This document shows, piece after piece, positions 58,904 to 64,000 of a stretch of DNA of 64,000 nt. Every line of letters starts with the position of its first letter. Position 1 is the first letter of the stretch. Source of the stretch: an archaeon (lineage in GTDB: Archaea; Nanobdellota; Nanobdellia; Pacearchaeales; JAPDKA01); NCBI GenBank assembly GCA_029258825.1, contig JAPDKA010000001.1, positions 35,548 through 99,547 of the forward strand, given 5' to 3'. A program made the position numbers and the translations under genes. The notes below the pieces were generated by a model. That model saw nothing but the letters and a program-made list of their open reading frames with translations. It made no database searches and had not been told where the DNA came from.

Positions 58904-59920
58904 CTATTTCTTGTATGCATCAATAATATTGCTATACTTGCTTTGTTTGTTTTTGAGTAGCACAATTCTGCTTGCTGGATGTTCGTCTTCAAACTTAAAG
59001 CCATCTAAATATTTTAGTAGCTTTAAAGCAAATGTCTTAACTTGTTCATGAGAAGGCATGTTATGTTTGCTTAGCCTTTTCATACTATAGCCTAAAAACA
59101 TATATGCTTTTACCTCAACAAAATCAGGGTTGGCTTTTTTAATAAGTTTGGCAAATTGTTTAATGTGGTGTGGCTTATCATTTATACCGGCAATAAGTGT
59201 AAGTCTTATAACTGTTCTGCAATTTAAACTGGCAAGTATGTCGAGTGATTTAAGTAGCCTTTGCCACCCATCAACATATACGCTTCTATTAACTTTATTA
59301 AACAGTGTTTTGTTGCAAGCTGTTAAAGATAAATAAAACTGGGTAGGCAAACATTTATGCTGTTTTAACTTTAACATTGCTTCTGGCTCTAGACCATTAC
59401 TAACAATAAAAATGCTTTTAGCTTTGTATTTTGTTTTTAACAACTGTACAAGCTCGCATAATTTTGCATACAGTAACGGCTCGCCCACAAGGCTTATTGC
59501 GTAATGTACAGGCGCTATTGCTTCATCGAATAGTTTTCTATTAAGCTTGTTATAGCCTAAATAGCCTATCAAAAGTTTTTTTCTTTCTTTTAGTAATGCC
59601 TCAACCATTTCTTCTGGCTCTGCCAAGTTAAGCTGCTTAAATATTGCTTCATAATTCGTCCTTTTACTTGCTTTAATCAAGCTGATAAATTGTTTTGGCT
59701 TAACAAGTTCTTGTGGACGCCAACAATAAATGCAAGAGTTTTGGCAGAAAACAATAGGCGTAAATTGCATACATCTATGTGAAGGCACACCATAAAATTT
59801 TTGTTTATAACAAACACCTTGCTCTCTTATTGCTTTCTTTGTCCAACTACAAATTTGAACAGCAGCGTTTTTGTAAAAACCGTAATGCTTTTTTCTCAAT
59901 GCCTGTTCGAGCGAGACCAT
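58904..59920 (-). CDS. taw1: tRNA 4-demethylwyosine synthase Taw1/TYW1 (radical SAM)
   Basis: CYKQKFYGVPSHRCMQFTPIVFCQNSCIYCWRP: auxiliary-cluster Cys region followed by radical-SAM C-x3-C-x2-C (CQNSCIYC), as in TYW1/Taw1. Confidence 0.65.
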   Translation of the reverse strand: MVSLEQALRKKHYGFYKNAAVQICSWTKKAIREQGVCYKQKFYGVPSHRCMQFTPIVFCQNSCIYCWRPQELVKPKQFISLIKASKRTNYEAIFKQLNLAEPEEMVEALLKERKKLLIGYLGYNKLNRKLFDEAIAPVHYAISLVGEPLLYAKLCELVQLLKTKYKAKSIFIVSNGLEPEAMLKLKQHKCLPTQFYLSLTACNKTLFNKVNRSVYVDGWQRLLKSLDILASLNCRTVIRLTLIAGINDKPHHIKQFAKLIKKANPDFVEVKAYMFLGYSMKRLSKHNMPSHEQVKTFALKLLKYLDGFKFEDEHPASRIVLLKNKQSKYSNIIDAYKK

Positions 59921-60047
59921 AACAACAACACAGAGCTTGAGTTTATAAACCTTTACTGCACCTTTGATTAAACTAATTTTAATTTTTGAATAAAAGTTTT
60001 TTTAGCAATAACAAGAATCTTAGCAAATTCTCAATTAAAAAACCTTT

Positions 60048-61016
60048 TTATTGGTTTTCATTGCTTTTGCTCAAATACTTGAAAGCAGAATATGCCGCAA
60101 TAGCCCCGTCTGCACATGCTGTTATGATCTGCCTCAAAACAGTGTTTGTGCAGTCTCCAGCAGCGAAAATGCCATTGACATTAGTGCGTTTTTCTTTATC
60201 AACAATAATAAAACCATGCTCGTCTGTATTAACACCAAGTTGTTTAGCCAAGGCTGTGTTGGGAATTTCACCAATTTCTATAAAACAGCCATCCACATTA
60301 AGTTTACTCACAACAGCTTTTGATTTGTCAAAAGCGTCTAGCAGTATTGCTTTAAGCGTATCATCGCCAATAAATTTTACCGGAATAGCATTAAAGATCA
60401 CTTCCACATTCTGCTTTGCTTTTAGCTTTTGTATTAATGCATGTTGAGCTTTAAGCTTATTTCGCCTATAAACAACATAAACCTTTTTTGCTATCTCGCT
60501 TAGCAGCAAAGCAGCAAGCACTGCTGAATCACCACCGCCAATCACAGCAACAGTTTTACCAGAAAAAAAAGCTGCATCACATGTATAGCAGTAACTTACG
60601 CCCTTACCAATAAACTTATCTTCCCCTTCTATGTTTAACTTTTTCTTTTCTGTACCTAAAGCAAGTATTAATGCTCTAGCAATTATTGTCTCACCTGAAT
60701 CGAGCACAATTTCAAACTGTTCTGTTTCTGTCAAAAGTTTTCTTGCCTGCACAACTGTTGCATGTTTAATGTTTACACCAAGTTTTGTTGCGTGTTGCAT
60801 AAATTTCTGCATAAGTTCTGCTCCACTAATAGCTTTAAATCCTGGATAGTTTTCAATTTCATGTGCATGCATTGCTAGACCTCCAGGCTGATTACCCACA
60901 ACAACCACGTTGAGGCCATAACGCACTGCATAGATGCCTGCTGTAATGCCTGCAGGCCCAGCACCAATCACAGCAAGATCAACTTCCATTTTGTTACGCA
61001 TTTTTATTTGCATCAA
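60048..61016 (-). CDS. trxB: thioredoxin reductase (NADPH, low-Mr TrxB type)
   Basis: FAD motif VDLAVIGAGPAGITAGIYA, redox-active CYTC, NADPH motif VAVIGGGDSAV, C-terminal FAAGDCTN. Likely true start at MEVDLAVIG (~60992), giving a 3-bp overlap with the trxA stop. Confidence 0.8.
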   Translation of the reverse strand: MMQIKMRNKMEVDLAVIGAGPAGITAGIYAVRYGLNVVVVGNQPGGLAMHAHEIENYPGFKAISGAELMQKFMQHATKLGVNIKHATVVQARKLLTETEQFEIVLDSGETIIARALILALGTEKKKLNIEGEDKFIGKGVSYCYTCDAAFFSGKTVAVIGGGDSAVLAALLLSEIAKKVYVVYRRNKLKAQHALIQKLKAKQNVEVIFNAIPVKFIGDDTLKAILLDAFDKSKAVVSKLNVDGCFIEIGEIPNTALAKQLGVNTDEHGFIIVDKEKRTNVNGIFAAGDCTNTVLRQIITACADGAIAAYSAFKYLSKSNENQ

Positions 61017-61323
61017 TCAACCGCTGCAATCTCGCTTTCAACATTTCCTTTGGCATAGACCCAACAATCCTGTCAACAAGGTTGCCATTAACAAACACAA
61101 GTAAAGTAGGAATTGACATAATGCCATATTTCATTGCTAGCTCTCTTGCATTGTCAACATTCACCTTAGCAAAACTTATGCTTGGCATTTCTGCAGCAAG
61201 TTGCTCAATTATTGGTGCTAACATCATGCATGGACCACACCATACTGCATAAAAATCTACAACAACAATTTTATTTTGCTTTACGAATTCATCAAAATTT
61301 TCTCTGTTAAGTTCAACAACCAT
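60994..61323 (-). CDS. trxA: thioredoxin
   Basis: VVDFYAVWCGPCMMLAP: WCGPC active site; 109 aa. Confidence 0.8.
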   Translation of the reverse strand: MVVELNRENFDEFVKQNKIVVVDFYAVWCGPCMMLAPIIEQLAAEMPSISFAKVNVDNARELAMKYGIMSIPTLLVFVNGNLVDRIVGSMPKEMLKARLQRLIDANKNA

Positions 61324-61324
61324 T

Positions 61325-61609
61325 TTACAACAATTTGCGTAGTTTTAGTTTAGTTTTTAAGCAAAAACTTATGCCTGCTCGAGTAAGTTTGTAAGCATAT
61401 ACTTTGCGCCCATCTTTGTAGCGTTTTATTAGCTTTCTTTCAAGATAACCTTGCTTAAGCATTTTTTTAAGCAAAGGATAGATTTGCGCTGAACCCACTT
61501 TACAATTTAATTTTGCATTAACAATTTTAATTATATCATAACCTGTGTACCATTTCGAAGGTTTAAAAGCACATAAAACACACAATTCAACTATTGTTTT
61601 TATTTTCAT
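61325..61609 (-). CDS. PadR-like winged-helix transcriptional regulator
   Basis: 94 aa; YTGYDIIKIVNAK...SAQIYPLLKKMLKQGYLERK...YAYKLT fits the PadR wHTH pattern; promoter region carries two ATGTATAAtTTATACAT palindromes. Confidence 0.5.
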   Translation of the reverse strand: MKIKTIVELCVLCAFKPSKWYTGYDIIKIVNAKLNCKVGSAQIYPLLKKMLKQGYLERKLIKRYKDGRKVYAYKLTRAGISFCLKTKLKLRKLL

Positions 61610-61697
61610 TTTTCACTCGTTTTTGTTATTTTTTCATTTAATATTTTGTTTTTAAGATCAAAGCATTTATAAACATTATGTATAATTTATACATAAT

Positions 61698-61737
61698 CTG
61701 TAATATATATTTTGCAAAAGATGTATAATTTATACAT
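61698..61737 (+). repeat. ~40-nt intergenic repeat element, copy C, upstream of the PadR-like gene
   Basis: ctgtaatatatattttgcaaaagatgtataatttatacat; a second palindrome atgtataatttatacat lies at 61678-61694. Confidence 0.4.
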
Positions 61738-61784
61738 CATAATAAATAAACAAAAACAAGAATCATTAAATTACAAACTCTAAT

Positions 61785-61991
61785 TTAATCTTCAATCTTT
61801 TTTATCTCTATTGCTTCTGTTGGGCATATCTCCATTGCCTGCAAGTTGCAATCATACTCCTCTTGAGTTATTTCTGTCTTTTTCGGTTTTGCCTTATTGC
61901 CTTGCATCGCCCAGTTTTGAGGACACACACTAACACAACCTCCACAGCCAATGCATTTATCTTCATGATGGACGATCTTGTATTTTGCCAT
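61785..61991 (-). CDS. 4Fe-4S ferredoxin
   Basis: CIGCGGCVSVCP (CxxCxxCxxxCP) plus a second partial cluster motif C...CPTEAI; 68 aa. Confidence 0.7.
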   Translation of the reverse strand: MAKYKIVHHEDKCIGCGGCVSVCPQNWAMQGNKAKPKKTEITQEEYDCNLQAMEICPTEAIEIKKIED

Positions 61992-62135
61992 TTTCTAGCA
62001 CGTTGTCTTTTACTTATTTTTTCTGAGTCAGAGTTATTTAAAAATTTTTGCATAAAGTAAAGAAAATAAAGAAATCAACAAAAAAACAAAAGTTAAATAA
62101 AAAATTTTAGGTTCAGATGCTATTGCCATCTAAGC

Positions 62136-62414
62136 TTAGCTATTTTTCTTCACAATGTTTACGGCTTTCTTACCTTTTTCACCGTCAACTATATCGAACT
62201 CAACAATGTCGCCTTCAACAAGAAAGCCACGCCTGATGCCTGTTTTATGGAAAAACACATCTGGCTGGCCTTCAACTGCTATAAAGCCATAACGCTTTTT
62301 TGGATTGTACCACTTGACCTTACCAATGCATCTTGCTTTTTTATTTTCCTCTATTTTCGGTTTTTTTTGTATTTTTGATTTTTTATCTTGCACGATTTTC
62401 TTTTTCTCTTTCAT
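62136..62414 (-). CDS. csp: cold-shock domain protein (CspA family) with K-rich N-terminal extension
   Basis: GKVKWYNPKKRYGFIAVEGQPDVFFHKTGI...EGDIVEFDIVDGEKGKKAVNIV: RNP1-like KRYGFI and RNP2-like VFFH motifs of the CSD. Confidence 0.7.
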   Translation of the reverse strand: MKEKKKIVQDKKSKIQKKPKIEENKKARCIGKVKWYNPKKRYGFIAVEGQPDVFFHKTGIRRGFLVEGDIVEFDIVDGEKGKKAVNIVKKNS

Positions 62415-62619
62415 TTTAACTAAAAAGTAACTTTACTTCAATTTGCTTTGCGCTAAGAACAGTAAGAAATAAGCAAAAATTCAGCTTATCCTTACTGTCT
62501 TGTTAATTAAATAAAATTACATTTAAATATGTTTGCATTATAGCATCAAAAACAATAAACACTGTAACACTAGAGTAACACCAAAAAGTTTATTAAGGCT
62601 AAAATCGTGTTAAGAATAA

Positions 62620-62710
62620 GGCAAGCGGGCAAACTAGGGGTTACAGTTATGCACTTCGGTGCATAGCAATGTCTTCCCTTGTGGAAGACACCCTAGGCCT
62701 ATAGCTTGCC
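62620..62710 (+). ncRNA. candidate structured RNA (GC-rich, nested stems, UUCG tetraloop hairpin); strand uncertain
   Basis: Outer stem GGCAAGC(62620-26)/GCUUGCC(62704-10), inner stem CUAGGG/CCCUAG, hairpin UAUGCAC-UUCG-GUGCAUA (62648-65), hairpin GUCUUCC-CUUGU-GGAAGAC (62671-89). Lies 30 nt upstream of the flavin-reductase-like CDS and ~200 nt upstream of csp on the other strand. Confidence 0.35.
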
Positions 62711-62739
62711 ATTGCTTTAAATTTCTTATTTTGATTAAA

Positions 62740-63225
62740 ATGTCTGAAATAACTGGGCCAAGGCAAGTAGTCATAATTACTTGTCGAAACAAAAATAAAA
62801 AAATAGATAATAGCATTACAGTAGCTTGGCATACACAGTTAAGCTTTAAACCATTTTTGTATGGAATTGCAATAGGAAAAACAAGATACAGTTGTGGCAT
62901 TATTAAAGCAAGCAAGTGTTTTTGCGTCAATTTTATTTCTGCTAAGCTTAAGCAACTTGCAATAGATATAGGCACTATTTCTGGAAGAAGCATTAATAAA
63001 GACAAAATATTAGCTAAACATAATGTGAAAAAAATTGAATGTAAATACATTGATTGTTTTAGGCTAGATAAAGCAATAGCATGGCTTGAGTGTGAAGTAA
63101 TTAAGCAAATCGATGCTGGTGACCATATACTATTTATTGGTAAAGTAGTTCACATGCAACAAAGTCAAGCAAGTAAAGCAAAAAGATTGATGCACATAAC
63201 TGGAGATTTGTTCAAAGAGTGTTAA
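62740..63225 (+). CDS. flavin reductase-like FMN-binding split-barrel protein
   Basis: From internal Met MSEITGPRQVVIITCRNKNK...ITVAWHTQLSFKPFLYGIAIGK...FCVNFIS...DHILFIGKVVHM follows the Flavin_Reduct-domain pattern. The 27 codons upstream in the track ORF overlap the structured RNA and are probably not coding. Confidence 0.5.
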   Translation: MSEITGPRQVVIITCRNKNKKIDNSITVAWHTQLSFKPFLYGIAIGKTRYSCGIIKASKCFCVNFISAKLKQLAIDIGTISGRSINKDKILAKHNVKKIECKYIDCFRLDKAIAWLECEVIKQIDAGDHILFIGKVVHMQQSQASKAKRLMHITGDLFKEC

Positions 63226-63273
63226 TAGCGTAGTAAGTTTTAAAAATACCCGGCAACTTGGTTTAACATTAAA

Positions 63274-64000
63274 ATGCCTGTAAAAAAGAAAAAAGGTAAA
63301 GTAAAGAAAGCAAAAGCAAAATCAAAAGCTGGAAGCAAAGCAAGACCCTACAAAACATTAAGTAAAAAACATTCTGTATTGACAATCTATACAAATAGCT
63401 TTGTTAAAGTTTTCAAAAACCCTGTAGTAATGATGCCTATCGTGTTTACACTGACAGTTGTTATTATAATAATGGCTATTGTTGCTTTAACATCACTAAA
63501 GTTCTTTCTTTCTGCTGGTGTTAGTGCTATATCACCAGAAACATTTGATGCAAAAACAATAGCAGCACTTATAGCTAACAAACAATTTGTTAAGTGGTTA
63601 TTAACAACTATCGGAATAGCGACGCTTGCGCTGATCTTTACTTATTCATATTTTTACAGTAGCTTGATTGGTTTAAGTATAAGTAGCATAAAACAAAAAA
63701 AGGTAACATTCAAACAAGGTATTAAGCAGCTATGGAAGTATGCAAACAAATACTGGTATAAATATTTAGCAATAAAGATCGTCATTGCTATAGCAACTAT
63801 TGCTTACTTAATAGCTCTGATAGCAATAACTGAAACTATAAAGTCAACCATACTAAGCATAAGCTTATTGCTCGCTGGGATTATTATAATGTTCTTGCTA
63901 TTAGTTTTCTTATTGCTTTCGCCGCAAGCATTAATTTTTGATGAAACAGGCATAGTGCAAGCATTAACTAAGAGCTGTAAGACTGTAAAGAAAAACTACC
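63274..64000 (+). CDS. polytopic membrane protein (partial, continues beyond the window)
   Basis: Hand translation from ATG 63274: MPVKKKKGKVKKAKAKSKAGSKARPYKTLSKKHSVLTIYTNSFVKVFKNPVVMMPIVFTLTVVIIIMAIVAL... with several hydrophobic helices and no stop before 64000; not in the ORF track. Confidence 0.4.
   Translation, partial: MPVKKKKGKVKKAKAKSKAGSKARPYKTLSKKHSVLTIYTNSFVKVFKNPVVMMPIVFTLTVVIIIMAIVALTSLKFFLSAGVSAISPETFDAKTIAALIANKQFVKWLLTTIGIATLALIFTYSYFYSSLIGLSISSIKQKKVTFKQGIKQLWKYANKYWYKYLAIKIVIAIATIAYLIALIAITETIKSTILSISLLLAGIIIMFLLLVFLLLSPQALIFDETGIVQALTKSCKTVKKNY

Noticed and set aside
62620-62710. Considered calling the GC-rich structured element a tRNA (7-bp terminal stem)
   Set aside because: No D-loop or T-loop (GTTCRANYC) consensus, no plausible anticodon arm, length ~91 nt without intron-like bulge-helix-bulge. 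Kept as a generic ncRNA candidate.
62634-63050. 138-aa minus-strand ORF antisense to the flavin-reductase-like gene and spanning the structured RNA
   Set aside because: No motif, hydrophobic junk composition. The plus-strand gene shows the Flavin_Reduct pattern. The 5' part overlaps a GC-rich RNA-like structure.

Overview
AT-rich archaeal chromosomal window. Archaeal markers seen directly in the sequence: AglB/STT3 with WWDYGYW, a two-domain Cdc48, a TOPRIM-type DnaG, RpoP, L37ae, prefoldin beta, Kae1, RadB, SepF, Taw1 and an initiator tRNA with A1:U72. Many bacterial-type genes (LspA, NlpC/P60, Ku+LigD, Csp, sulfotransferase) suggest a DPANN-like or otherwise HGT-rich lineage; this is inference, no database search was run. 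Content: (i) a protein N-glycosylation island at 1-14.8 kb with a sulfotransferase-like gene, five GT1/GT2 glycosyltransferases, a GT17-like gene, AglB and an AglH-like GlcNAc-1-P transferase; (ii) housekeeping genes: 2-oxoacid:ferredoxin oxidoreductase, cdc48, smc, rnhB, dnaG, metG, rpoP, rpl37ae, pfdB, rpl11, rps2, radB, kae1, taw1, trxA/trxB, and seven tRNAs (Gly, Ile, Gln, iMet, Pro, Arg, Glu); (iii) four HEPN/MNT toxin-antitoxin-like pairs; (iv) a Ku - HEPN/MNT - ATP-dependent ligase NHEJ locus; (v) a candidate vWA-MoxR cluster (HExxH+vWA protein, MoxR AAA+ ATPase, Kelch-like tandem-repeat protein). The Kelch-like protein shares a near-identical 5' module with a second, Pmp-like repeat protein 7 kb away; this cluster is my best candidate for an undescribed system. 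Other oddities: an in-frame TAG splitting dnaG from a Met-less 123-codon C-terminal extension, a tandem ThyX fusion, a recurring ~40-nt intergenic element with an ATGTATA..TATACAT palindromic core, and a GC-rich structured RNA candidate at 62.6 kb. No rRNA, CRISPR array or obvious transposase was seen.
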